From NCBI GenBank assembly GCA_963805855.1, contig CAWDVW010000005.1:1022297-1086296 (forward strand): DNA of 64,000 nt, written 5' to 3'. The stretch is from Candidatus Dadabacteria bacterium (GTDB lineage: Bacteria > Desulfobacterota_D > UBA1144 > Nemesobacterales > CSP1-2). Under the pieces are notes generated by a model, which had not been told where the DNA came from, did not search any database, and saw only the letters and a list, made by a program, of their open reading frames with translations. The position numbers and the translations under genes were made by a program. Shown one piece after another: positions 41,880-52,273 of the stretch (positions are counted from its first letter, which is position 1; the number at the start of each line of letters is the position of its first letter).

Positions 41880-43177
41880 TCAGTCCAGGCCGAGGCCGCG
41901 TCGGCCGGTCTGGTTGAGGTCGTCGACGCTGAACCGGTTGTCCCAGGTGCGCTCGTAGTCCTCGGTGGGGAAGTCGGTTGGGCTGGAACCGGTCAGGAAG
42001 GCCTCGCGCACGCTGGCGGCGTAGGTCTCGTTGCGGGGGCACCAGGGGGCGGCGGGGATGTACATGACGTTGCCCCAGCCCTTCTGGTCCTTCACCGGGG
42101 CGACGCTGTGGATCATGTCGCAGAGCCACCAGACGGAATCGCCGGCCTTGACGTCCGGGATGCCGGTGACGGCCTGCATGAGCAGGGGGTGCCACTTCTC
42201 GTTGGCGGGGAAGACCTGGTTGACGGTGACACCGCACATGTCGTCGTCGGGCACGTCGGCCAGTAGCGGGCGGAGCATGAGATAGCCCATGGCCTCGGGG
42301 ATGGGGACGGTGTGCAGGACGCCCTGGTCGTGGTCCATGTCGGAGAGCGCGGTCCAGCCCTGGAAGGTGCGGAACGCCGAGCACATGGTGGTGCCGGGGT
42401 ACTGCGGGCCGGCGGTGCGGTGGGAGGCGTCCCAGGGGTCGTACTGCTCGACGGTGCCGTCGAACAGGTGCCGGAACGCCTTCTGGTAGCCTGGGTCATC
42501 CACAGGTCGAGGGTGCCGGGGTCGAGGTGGGTACCGAGGCCGCCGGAGTCGGCGCCCGGGGGCCGGCGGCGGATGCGGTCGGGGTAGAGCGAGTCGCGGT
42601 CGGGGTCGAACCACTGCACGCCGTCGGACTCGCTGCGCCACTGGCTGTTGAGGAATGTCTGCACACGGGCCATCCGGTCGCTCTGGCGTGCCTGCATCTG
42701 CGCCGGCGACCAGTAGACGGGGTAGATCTCGGGCTTGGAGCCGACGCTGCCGAAGAAGTCGTCGCCCGGACCGCGGTAGTTCTCGAAGAATCGGTTGCTC
42801 TCGACGTAGTCGACGATGCCCTGGTCCCAGGCCGTGGCCTGCTCGTGCGGGAAGTGACCGCGCACGATGAGGCAGCCGCGGCGATGGAGCTTGGCCAGTG
42901 CGTCGGCGGTGACGGTGCCGGCCTCGATGTCGGCGTAATCGATCACCGGCCAGACCGTCTCGCCACGCTCCTTTTCCGCTGCGATCTCGGCTACCCGCTC
43001 GGCGACGCGCGCCTCGATGACGGCGAAGACCTCCTCGACCGTGCGTCCGGACGCGGCGATGCGGGCCCGCAGCGCGGCCTTGATCTCCCGGATCGCTGCC
43101 TGCAGATCGGCGGGCGGGGTCTCCCAGTGCGGCAGCGTCGGCAGAGCGGGGGTGCCGAGGGTCGAGGCGGACGTCAT
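41880..43177 (-). CDS. DUF1479 (YbiU-like) putative Fe(II)/2-oxoglutarate oxygenase (one indel)
   Basis: YWS..Q..ARQ, YPDRIRRRPPG, H.D, FRTFQGWTAL, GDSVWW.CD.IHSV, MYIPAAP. Confidence 0.85.
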
Positions 43178-43187
43178 GTCAGCTCCT

Positions 43188-43256
43188 TTGGTGAGGACTC
43201 CTTAACTAGAGGAAACGGTAGATGCCTGCGCGTCTTCAGGCAAGAGTCCTTACTAA
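43188..43256. promoter_or_regulatory. Two imperfect palindromic operators between ybiU-like and ROK genes
   Basis: TTGGTGAGGACTCCTTAACTA (43188-43208) and TCAGGCAAGAGTCCTTACTAA (43236-43256), both near TTAGTAAGGA-N-TCCTTACTAA. Confidence 0.55.
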
Positions 43257-43257
43257 G

Positions 43258-44469
43258 ATGGTTGCCATGGCCCCTGCCAAGCCGTCGCTCGACCTGCTGC
43301 GGTCGCTGACCGACGAGCACGTGCTGCGTGCCCTGATGGAGCAGCGGCGCCTGACGCGTGCCCAACTCGCCGCTCGCACGGGACTGTCCAAGCCGACGGT
43401 GTCCGACAGCGTGCGCCGGCTGTGCGAGGCAGGTCTGCTCGGCGAGACACGGGGGAACGGACCACCGGACGCGGGCGGGTCGGCTCGTACTACGCGCCTC
43501 GCCGAGGACATCGGCAGCGCCCTGGTGGTCAGTGTCGCCCCGGAGGGGATCGTGGCCGAACTGCTGGACGCTCACGGCGACGTGATCTCCACGGCGACCG
43601 CAGACGTCGCGCGCCCAGCACAGCCGGCGCAGGTCGTCGAGGCACTGACAACGGCGGCCCGGACAGTGCAGAAGGATGTCTCACAACAGCCCCGGCTCGC
43701 GGTGGTCAGCGCCGCCGACCCGGTGGACCGGGCCACCGGCCGCCTGGTCCACCTGCCCGACTCCCCGTTCCTGCTCGGTGAACTGTCCCCGACGGACGTG
43801 CTGGCCGGGCTCGTCGACGGCCCGGTCATGGTCGACAACGACGTCAACTGGGCGGCACGAGCCGAACGCGACGCCATCGACAGCCAACAACTCGACGACT
43901 TCGCCTACCTGCACCTTGGCGAGGGTCTGGGCTGCGCCGTCGTCAACGACGGCGTGGTACGCCGGGGACACGCCGGTCTCGTCGGCGAGATCGCCCATGT
44001 CCTCACGACCGGTCCGGACGGGCGCGCCGTCCCCCTCATCGACGTGTTCGGTGCGCTGCGCCTCCGCCGTCCTGCATCGACGGCGATCGACGTGCCCGCA
44101 CTGCTGGCGGCGGTCGGATGCGACGATGCGCCGGCACGCGATCTGCGGGCAATCCTGGCCCGAGCGATCTGCGGTGTCCTCGCCGCCGTGGTCGCCTTCT
44201 GCGACCCCGCAATCGTCGTCATCGGCGGCACGTGGGGCCCCGAGCCCGTCGTCCTCGACGCCATCGCCGCGGAGTTCGAACCGGCGCCTGGTGCTCGAAC
44301 CCCGACCACCCTGCTCCGGCCGTTTGCTTCGGTCGCTTCGGTGTTCGTCGCGGTGCGCGACGTGGCTGCGAGCGGAGCTGGCGTTCTAGCGTGCGACGAG
44401 CTCGACTCCGTCATGTGCGCGTGTGGCGACGCCTTCGTGGAGGGCGTCCAGGAATGGTCGCCGGGCTGA
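43258..44469 (+). CDS. ROK-family transcriptional regulator
   Basis: HTH TRAQLAARTGLSKPTVS, VDNDVN.AA.AE, LGEGLGCAVV, G..GLVGEI; the C-terminal ~60 aa look non-homologous. Confidence 0.82.
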   Translation: MVAMAPAKPSLDLLRSLTDEHVLRALMEQRRLTRAQLAARTGLSKPTVSDSVRRLCEAGLLGETRGNGPPDAGGSARTTRLAEDIGSALVVSVAPEGIVAELLDAHGDVISTATADVARPAQPAQVVEALTTAARTVQKDVSQQPRLAVVSAADPVDRATGRLVHLPDSPFLLGELSPTDVLAGLVDGPVMVDNDVNWAARAERDAIDSQQLDDFAYLHLGEGLGCAVVNDGVVRRGHAGLVGEIAHVLTTGPDGRAVPLIDVFGALRLRRPASTAIDVPALLAAVGCDDAPARDLRAILARAICGVLAAVVAFCDPAIVVIGGTWGPEPVVLDAIAAEFEPAPGARTPTTLLRPFASVASVFVAVRDVAASGAGVLACDELDSVMCACGDAFVEGVQEWSPG

Positions 44470-44536
44470 CCCGCCGCCGCCTCGACGACGCGCCCGAGGC
44501 CGGCTGAACTGACCCCTGGTCACAACGGCACGCGGA

Positions 44537-44571
44537 AAACGGCCCTCAGGGAGAATCCCTGAGGGCCGTTT
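44537..44571 (-). terminator. Intrinsic terminator after tRNA
   Basis: AAACGGCCCTCAGGGA-GAA-TCCCTGAGGGCCGTTT, perfect 16-bp stem. Confidence 0.8.
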
Positions 44572-44575
44572 CGGC

Positions 44576-44652
44576 TGGTAGCGGGGGTAGGATTCGAACC
44601 TACGACCTCTGGGTTATGAGCCCAGCGAGCTACCGAGCTGCTCCACCCCGCG
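44576..44652 (-). tRNA. tRNA-fMet (CAT)
   Basis: CGCGGGGTGGAGCAGCTCGGTAGCTCGCTGGGCTCATAACCCAGAGGTCGTAGGTTCGAATCCTACCCCCGCTACCA; C1:A72 mismatch and three G-C pairs in the anticodon stem. Confidence 0.97.
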
Positions 44653-44802
44653 CTGGCGTGTTACCGCCGTCTTGCTGTTGTGAGAACTACTCTACACCCC
44701 CCTCCGAGGCCCCTGCAGGCGGGTGTGGATCGACGAGAAGGGGGGCGCGAGGCTCGCGGTCGAGCCCCGTGCCCCCTCCGTCGATCGTGCTCGGTCGGCC
44801 GG

Positions 44803-47745
44803 TCAGCCGCCCGGACCGGGCGCCGGAGCCGACGTCGGCGGGGCGCCGGCGACCTGCTGGTAGCGCTGGACCGCGGCGTCCAGTGCGGCCAGGGCCTGGC
44901 CCTGGGCGGCGAAGTCACCGCTCTGCTGCGCGGCCTTCAGCTGGTTGATGGCCTGCTGGATCGCCGCCGCGGCCGCCGCCTGGTCCGGGTTCGCCGGATT
45001 CGGGGCCGGGATCGCCGCGCCCGGCGCGGGCTGTTGCGGCTGCTGCCCGGGCTGGGCGACGGTGCTGCCCGCACCCGGGCCGAAGACGTCCTCCAGGGCT
45101 CCCTGCAGGCTCGCGTCGTACCCGACCCGGCCGTTGTAGCTCACCAGCACGCGGGCCAGCACCGGGTACGAGGCGCTCTGGCCGGCCCGTTCGATGTACA
45201 CCGGTTCCACGTAGAGCAGGCCGCCCGCCACCGGGAGGGTGAGCAGGTTCCCGTACTCGATCGTGGTCTGGTTCTGTCTCAGCAGGTTCAGCTGCGAGCT
45301 GACCTCCGGTGAGCCGAGGAACTGCGCCTGCACCTGTTGCGGGCCGAGCGTCTGTGTCTCCGCAGGCAACTCGAGCACGGTGATCTTCCCGTACGTGGCG
45401 GGGTCCGAGCTCGCGCTCACGTACGCCGAGAGGAACTGCCGCGCTCGGCTGACCAGCGCGCTGGTCAGCTGGAAGGTCGCGCCGTCCTGGTCCGGCAGCC
45501 CGGCGAGCAGGTAGTACGGCGGTTGCGCCGACCCGCCGTGCCGGCGCGCCCTGCACGGTGGGGTCGGACGGGACGTCCCAGAACGACACCGTCGGAGAAG
45601 AACTCGCCGGGGGTGTCGACGTGGTACTGGGTGAGCAGGTCCCGCTGGACCTTGAACAGGTCCTCCGGGTAGCGGAAGTGCGTGCGAGGCTGTCGGAGAT
45701 GCCGACGCCGGCTTCACGACGCCCGGGAACGCCGTCATCCAGGTCCTCAGCACCGGGTCCGTCTCGTCGAACCCGTAGAGGGTGACGGTGCCGTCGTAGG
45801 CGTCGACGGTGGCCTTCACCGAGTTGCGGATGTAGTTGATCTCTCGTTCGGCAGCCGCGGCACGGTGCCCTGCAGGGCCGTCGGCGGTGGCGTCGCCCAG
45901 CGCCATCTGCTTGGCGTAGGGGTAGTCGCCGAGCGTGGTGTAGCCGTCGACGATCCAGGTGACCCGTCCGTCGACGACCGCCGGGTACGGGTCGGTGTCC
46001 AGCGTCGAGGAACGGGGCGACCGCCTTCTCCACCCGGTCCGGCGGGTCGCGGACGTAGAGGATCTTGGACTCATCGTTGATCGGGCTGGAGAGCAGGAAG
46101 TTGCGCTCGCCGGAAGTAGCGCGAAGATGAGCCGGCGGAAGAAGCTGCCGAGCGAGACCCCGCCCTCGCCGTCGTAGGTGTTGTTGAGCTGCCGGTCGTC
46201 GGAGCCGTGCAGGTCCGACTCGCGGGAGCGGCGCCGTCGGGCGCGCCGACGACGGAGTAGTCCGTCGATCAGCTCGCCGTAGTAGATCCGCGACTCGCGT
46301 GACACGAGGCCGCTCGGGAGCGGACGCGGCGTTGCAGTGTCGTTGCTGGTGAATCGGGGCAGACCGCCCTGCCCGCCTGCGTCCTGCAGCTGGGCGATGA
46401 CCTCGTTGGCCGGCGCGGCGACGAAGCCGTTGCCGTGGGTGTAGACGGGTGCCGGTTGATCCAGGTCCTCTGGTTCTTGACAGCCCCTCGCTGTTGAGCT
46501 CGCGCACGGCGACGATGTAGTCCTGCGTCTCGCCGTCGGCGGTGTAGCGGTCGATGTCGAGCTTGTCCGGGAAGCCGTAGAAGTTACGGTCTGCTGCTGG
46601 AGCTGGGTGAACGTGTCGCCGAGACTTGTTGGGGTCGAGCAGCCGGACGTTGGGGATGGTCTCGCGTGTCGTCGCGAGCTCGGCGGGCGTCGCCTCCGGA
46701 CGGTCCCGGCGGTAGGGCTGGGTAGTCGACTACTTGTCCTGGTCGAGGCCGAACGCCTGGCGGGTGGCTCGATGTTGCGCTGGATGAGGGCGCCTCCCGC
46801 TCGTTCGCGCTCGGCTCGACGACGAACTGCTGCACACCGCGGGCCACGCCACACCGATCAGCAGGCTGGACGCACCAGCAGCAGGACCAGCGATCGCCGG
46901 CAGCTGGAAGTTGCGGGAGACGACGCGGCGAAGAACGCCGCGCACAGATGATCGAGATGAACACCAGGATCAGCTTGGCGGGCATCACGGCGTTCACGTC
47001 GGTGTAGTGGCACCGGTGAACGTCGGTGCGGTCGAGTACAGCAACCCGTAGCGGTCCAGCCAGTAGGCGACCGCCTTGAGCTGCACGAACACCCCGGCGA
47101 GCACGAGAGGTGAGCCGCGCGCGGCGGCCGACACCTGCCCGGCGCGACCTGTCAGCCGGAGGCCGCCGAACACGTAGTGGGCGACCAGCGAGCCGATGAG
47201 GCTAGGATCGTGACGGCGAGAAGCCAGCCCAGCACCAGCCGGTAGAAGGGCAGCTCGAAGGCGAAGAAGCTGACAGGTCGATGCCGAACTGCGGGTCCGT
47301 GGCTGGCCGAAGGCGGTGGAGTGCGGAATGCTGCACGGTCTGCCAGTTGCCCTGCGCCGCGAAACCCGCGAACAGGCCGACGAGCAGCGGGATGCCGATC
47401 CCGAAGAGCCGGCAACCGCGAGATGATCACGGTGCGGTACCGGGCGATGGGTCTTCGGGTCCCGAGACGTCGGACGAAGACGGGGCGGAACCGGTAGGCG
47501 ATCCACAGCGAGAGGGCGACAGCCCTCCGATCAGCACCGCGCCGAGCAGGAACTGCAGGAGCCGCGTGAAGATGATCGTGGTGAAGACGTTGCGGTAGCC
47601 GGCCTCGCCGAACCACAGCCAGTCGACGTAGAGGTTGATCAGGCGGGACCCGACCACAGTAGCAGCACGAGGACGCCCGCGGCGATGGGCAGGACCGGGT
47701 ACGGCGGTTCAGCGTCGGGGCTCCCACCGGGGGCCGCATGGCCAC
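44803..47745 (-). CDS. UPF0182 family membrane protein (very many indels)
   Basis: [56 protein letters not shown]; conserved position beside tRNA-Met. Confidence 0.85.
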
Positions 47746-47925
47746 GGGACACGCTCCAGTGATCGGTGACTTCTCGTGCGGGCTGTCCCACGCCACGCCG
47801 ACGTGCCGACGTGGGCCACACCCTGCTGTGCCAACTCTACGGACGGCGTGTGGAGTTCCCGTGGGCTGGGCTGAGATGGGCAAACGGGAGGAATTGCCGG
47901 TCGGCGTCGGCGGGCGGCGGCGGGC

Positions 47926-48942
47926 TCAGCAGGAGCGGGGTAGCGCCCCGCTGTCGAGTGCCTCCAGCTGCGTGACCGCATCGCCCAGGCCGGTCACGCG
48001 GACCAGCTGCAGACCCTGCGGGGCGGTGGCCGCGGCCTCGGCGCAGTTCTCGTCGGGGACGAGGAACACCGTGGCCCCGGCGTCGTGGGCGGCCCGCATC
48101 TTGAACGGGATGCCCCCGATGGGCGAGACGTCGCCGGTCGCGTCGATCGCGCCGGTGCCGGCGATGAACCGGCCGCCGGTCAGGTTCCCCGGCGAGAGCT
48201 TGTCGACGACCGCGAGCGCGAACATCAGCCCCGCCGACGGTCCCCCGATGTCGCCCAGGCTGATCCGGATGTCACCGGTCCGGGGCTCGACGGTCGGCCG
48301 CACACCGAGCAGGCCCTGGGCGCGGTCGGGGCTCGCGGCCAGCGCGACGTCCGCCGTCTGCTCCTGCCCGTCGCGACGGTAGGTCACCGTGACGCTCTGG
48401 CCGGGCGCGGTGCCGGACAGCGCCTCGGACACCGACGCGGGCGTGCCGACCGTGCGTCCGGAGACGGCGACGAGCTCGTCGCCGACCCGCAGCGCCGACG
48501 CGGCCGGGGAGTCCGGGACGACCGCGCCGACGACGACCCGGGTCGGGATCGCCAGTTGCGTCATCGCGGCGAGCTCGGCGTTCGACTCGGAGGTGGCGAA
48601 CTGCTGGGTGTTCTCCTCGCGCACCTGCTCGTCGGTCTTGCCGGGCGGGAAGATCTCGCCACGGGGCACGACCTGGCGGCCGCCCGACGCCCAGGCGCGC
48701 AGCATCTGCACGAAGGTCAGGCGGTCCGACACCGCCACCGTCGTCATGTTGAGGTGCCCGGACGTGGGGAAGGTGGACAGGCCGTCGACGGTGACGACCG
48801 GCGCCCCGTTGACGTCACCGAGCGTGTCGTAGGTCGGGCCGGGGCCCAGCGCCACCATGGGGACGGGCATGCCCGCGCCGAGGACGCCCAGCACCGCCGC
48901 CAGCAGGGCGGCGGACAGGAACGTGCTCGACCGGCCTGCCAC
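47926..48942 (-). CDS. YlbL-like PDZ + Lon (S16) protease
   Basis: PGPTYDTLG, G.LNMTTV, IGGPSAGLMFAL, IAGTG.I, IGGI.FK. Confidence 0.9.
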   Translation of the reverse strand: MAGRSSTFLSAALLAAVLGVLGAGMPVPMVALGPGPTYDTLGDVNGAPVVTVDGLSTFPTSGHLNMTTVAVSDRLTFVQMLRAWASGGRQVVPRGEIFPPGKTDEQVREENTQQFATSESNAELAAMTQLAIPTRVVVGAVVPDSPAASALRVGDELVAVSGRTVGTPASVSEALSGTAPGQSVTVTYRRDGQEQTADVALAASPDRAQGLLGVRPTVEPRTGDIRISLGDIGGPSAGLMFALAVVDKLSPGNLTGGRFIAGTGAIDATGDVSPIGGIPFKMRAAHDAGATVFLVPDENCAEAAATAPQGLQLVRVTGLGDAVTQLEALDSGALPRSC

Positions 48943-48961
48943 GAGGTCCGAGCCTAGTCTC

Positions 48962-49010
48962 CACCTGTGGATCTCCGCCTTGCTCCGCTGCGGCGTTGAT
49001 CCACAGGACA
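48962..49010. repeat. 49-bp palindromic dispersed repeat, copy 1
   Basis: Reverse complement matches 55903-55951 at 45/49; internal IR CCTGTGGATC...GATCCACAGG. Confidence 0.8.
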
Positions 49011-49066
49011 CGATCTGGGCTCCCGGGCGATGGGCGGCGCGGGGTCAGTCCGCGTACCGTGGGGCC

Positions 49067-50467
49067 ATGACGAACGAGCCGCCATTCGGGTTCGGCTTCG
49101 GGCCCGCGGACCGCGACCCCGACCGTGACCCCGAGCGCGAGCCCGGACCGCAGGACCCCTTCGGCCTCGGTGCCGGATTCCCCGGGCTGCCCGGCGGGAT
49201 GCCCGGGATGCCGCCGGGCGGGTTCGACATGAGCCAGCTCGGGCAGATGCTCACCCAGCTCGGGCAGATGCTCAGCCAGGCGCAGAACACCGGCGGCGGC
49301 CCGGTGAACTACGACCTCGCGGCGAATATCGCGAAGCAGCGCCTGGCGGGTACCACCTCGTCGCTGACCGACGCGCAGCGCAGCGCCGTGCGCGACGCCG
49401 TGCGGCTCGCGGAGCTGTGGCTGGACCCGGCCACCACGCTTCCCGGCGGGGGCGACGGAGGTCGCGGCCTGGTCGGCGAGCGAGTGGGTGAACGCCAGCC
49501 TGCCCACCTGGAAGCGGCTGTGCGACCCGGTCGCCCAGCGCGTGTCGGTGGCGTGGGTGGAGGCCCTGCCCGAGGAGGTCCGCGCCGGCGCGGGCCCGAT
49601 GCTGGCGATGCTCGGCCAGATGGGCGGCCTCGCGTTCGGCAGCCAGCTCGGAGGCGGCCTGGGCCAGCTCGCGGCAGAGGTGCTGAGCTCCACGGACGTC
49701 GGCGTGCCCGTGGGACCGGCCGGCACCGCCGCGCTGCTGCCGGAGAACATCGAGAAGTTCACCGCGGGCCTCGACCGGCCCGCCAGCGAGGTGATGATCT
49801 ACCTCGCCGCCCGGGAGGCGGCGCACCAGCGGCTGTTCGCCCACGTCGGTTGGCTGCGGGAGCGGCTGCTCGGCACGGTCGAGGAGTACGCACGGGGCAT
49901 CACCGTCGACACGCTCCCGGATCGAGGAGCTGGCCCGCGGCATCGACCCGTCGAACCCCGGCGCGATCGAGGAGGCCATGCGCTCGGGGATGTTCGAGCA
50001 GCAGACCACGCCGGCGCAGCAGGTGGCGCTCGCCCGACTGGAGACGCTGCTCGCGCTGATCGAGGGCTGGGTGGACGCCGTGGTGGCGGACGCCGTCGGC
50101 GACCGGCTGCCCGGGGCGGCGGCGCTGCGCGAGACGCTGCGCCGGCGGCGCGCCGCGGGGGGACCCGCCGAGCAGACGTTCGCGACGATCGTCGGGCTGG
50201 AACTGCGGCCGCGGCAGCTGCGCAACGCCGCCGAGCTGTGGCGGCGCCTCGGCGAGCAGCGCGGGACCGCGGGAGCGAGACGCGCTGTGGGCACACCCGG
50301 ACCTGATCCCGTCGGCGGACGACCTCGAGGACCCGGCCGCCTTCGTCGCCCGCGAGGAGCTCGGCGACCCGATCGCCGAGCTGGAGAAGGCGATGCAGGC
50401 CGAGGCCGAGAAGGACCCGGACGACAAGACCGACGGCGAGGAGCCCGGCGCCGCGCCGACCTCCTGA
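49067..50467 (+). CDS. Zinc-dependent metalloprotease (DUF2342/zincin, Rv3195-like; indels)
   Basis: GPVNYDLA, LAELWLD, YLAAREAAHQRLF, LETLLALIEGW, GLELRPR. Confidence 0.85.
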
Positions 50468-50499
50468 TCCCGCGCTGACGAGCGGCGCCTCCACCCGGC

Positions 50500-51072
50500 C
50501 TATCCGACGGAGGCGTCGCTCGCCTGTTCGTCGACGTCGCCGTCCGTGCCGACCAGGCCCAGCCCGGCCGCGGCGGACAGCCCCTCCAGGTAGCCCATCG
50601 CCCGCTCGGTGCGGGGGTAGCGGCGCACCCAGGCCCAGAACGCCTTGTCGTGGCCCGGTTCGAGCAGGTGCGCCAGCTCGTGGACGAGCACGTAGTCCAC
50701 GACCCAGCCCGGGGCGTCGCGCAGGCGCTCGCTGACCCGGATCGTGCCGTCCGCCGGGGTGCAGGACGCCCAGCGGGTGCTCATCGTCGGCACCCACCGC
50801 ACCGTGGTGGGCTCGGCGCGGCCCTCCAGGTACCGGCGCGAGAGCTCGACGCTGCGCCGACGGAGTGCGTCGTCGCCGGTGCGGGCGGGCGAGCGGCGTC
50901 GCGCCTCGCTGCGTTCGAGGCGGCGCACCATCTCGTCCACCCAGCGCGTCTCCTCCGACTCGCTCATCCAGCCGGGGATGAAGACGATCACCGTGTCGCC
51001 CTCACGCCGGGCGCTCACCATCCGGCGGCGGCGTTCGCTACGACGGACCTCCACGACCGCGGGCCTGACCAC
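50500..51072 (-). CDS. M48/DUF45-family metallopeptidase
   Basis: RW.SCT, DYVLVHELAHL...H...FW. Confidence 0.85.
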   Translation of the reverse strand: MVRPAVVEVRRSERRRRMVSARREGDTVIVFIPGWMSESEETRWVDEMVRRLERSEARRRSPARTGDDALRRRSVELSRRYLEGRAEPTTVRWVPTMSTRWASCTPADGTIRVSERLRDAPGWVVDYVLVHELAHLLEPGHDKAFWAWVRRYPRTERAMGYLEGLSAAAGLGLVGTDGDVDEQASDASVG

Positions 51073-51202
51073 CGACCCAGACTATCCTCGGCCGACCCGG
51101 CACCGGAGCGGTCGGCCCCGACCGTGCCCGAGTTGTCCACAAGCCGCATCCGCCTGTGGACAGCCGGATGCGTCGGAGCGCCGGGGCCGGGACGCTGCCG
51201 AC

Positions 51203-52246
51203 ATGACTTCACAGGCGTCCGCCCTTCGCCCGTCCACACTCCCGCGCCGGCTTCGGCTGTCGCCGCACCGGTCGGTGCTCGTGCGGGGGCAGTCCGCGCG
51301 GCTGCTGGGGCTGGATCCACGGACGGCGCTCGCCGTCGACGACCTGCCGCCACCGCTGGCCGGCATGCTGGACGAGCTCGCCGCACCGACCGAGCGGGTC
51401 GGTCTGGTGGCTCGGGCCGTCCAGCGCGGTGCGGATCGCGACGAGGCCGAGGAGCTGCTCCGGCGGCTGGTCGACACCGGGGTGCTGGTCGACGCCGAAG
51501 GGCCGGAACGCGTGGCTCGGCAGCGGGCGGCGGCCGCGGTCACCGTGGTGGGCGGCGGCCCGCTGGCGGCGGGTGTCGCGGCGGGGCTCGGACGTGCCGG
51601 CATCGGTGCCGTGTGGGTCGAGGCCGCCGCGGACGGCGCGGTGCAGGAGGGCGACCTGGGTACCGGTCTGCTCGACACCGACCGGGGACGGTCCGCACTC
51701 GAGGCGGTGGTCGACGTCGTCCGGCGGGTCGCGCCCGGGACGAGCGTCGGGCCGCCCCCGGCCCGCGCCGCGCCGGACCTGTGTGTGCTCGCCGACGCCG
51801 TCGTACCCGATCCCACGCGGGTCGCCGCCCTGCACCGCGACCGCGTCGCGCACCTGCCCGTCCGGTTGCGCGACGGCATCGGAGTCGTCGGGCCGCTCGT
51901 GCTTCCGGGTCGCTCGGCGTGTCTGGGGTGCGTCGAGCTGCACCGGCGCGGCCGCGACCCCGGCTGGCCGGCCGTCACGGCCCAGCTCGTCGGACGCCAC
52001 GGCCGAGGCGATGCGGCCACGGCGGTGGCCACCGCGGCGCTCGGCACCGCCCAGGTGCTGCGTGCGGTGGACATCGCCGGTGGTGGCGGGACGGCCGTGC
52101 CCCCGGTGCTCGGCGCCTCCCTGGAGCTCGACCTCGGCACGGGGGAACTGCTGCACCGCCCGTGGCCCCCGCACCCGGACTGCACGTGTGGCGCATCCCC
52201 GCCGCACGGACGTGCGAGCCGCCCTCCGGACGGGGGACAATCATGA
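51203..52246 (+). CDS. ThiF/TOMM cyclodehydratase-like scaffold protein (Rv3196-like)
   Basis: Rossmann-like VVGGG, HLPVRLRDG.GVVGPLV.PG.SACLGC, HP.C.C end; conserved position before the ABC1 kinase. Confidence 0.72.
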   Translation: MTSQASALRPSTLPRRLRLSPHRSVLVRGQSARLLGLDPRTALAVDDLPPPLAGMLDELAAPTERVGLVARAVQRGADRDEAEELLRRLVDTGVLVDAEGPERVARQRAAAAVTVVGGGPLAAGVAAGLGRAGIGAVWVEAAADGAVQEGDLGTGLLDTDRGRSALEAVVDVVRRVAPGTSVGPPPARAAPDLCVLADAVVPDPTRVAALHRDRVAHLPVRLRDGIGVVGPLVLPGRSACLGCVELHRRGRDPGWPAVTAQLVGRHGRGDAATAVATAALGTAQVLRAVDIAGGGGTAVPPVLGASLELDLGTGELLHRPWPPHPDCTCGASPPHGRASRPPDGGQS

Positions 52247-52273
52247 GGTGATGAGCGCAGCGAGGCCGTTGAA

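Noticed and set aside
36846-44536. Integrative island anchored at tRNA-fMet
   Set aside because: The content looks accessory, but I found no integrase and no duplicated tRNA 3' end.
44803-47745. UPF0182 gene as a true pseudogene
   Set aside because: Very dense indels but conserved motifs throughout a normally conserved gene; this looks like a low-quality consensus stretch. The same applies to most frameshifts right of 18.4 kb.
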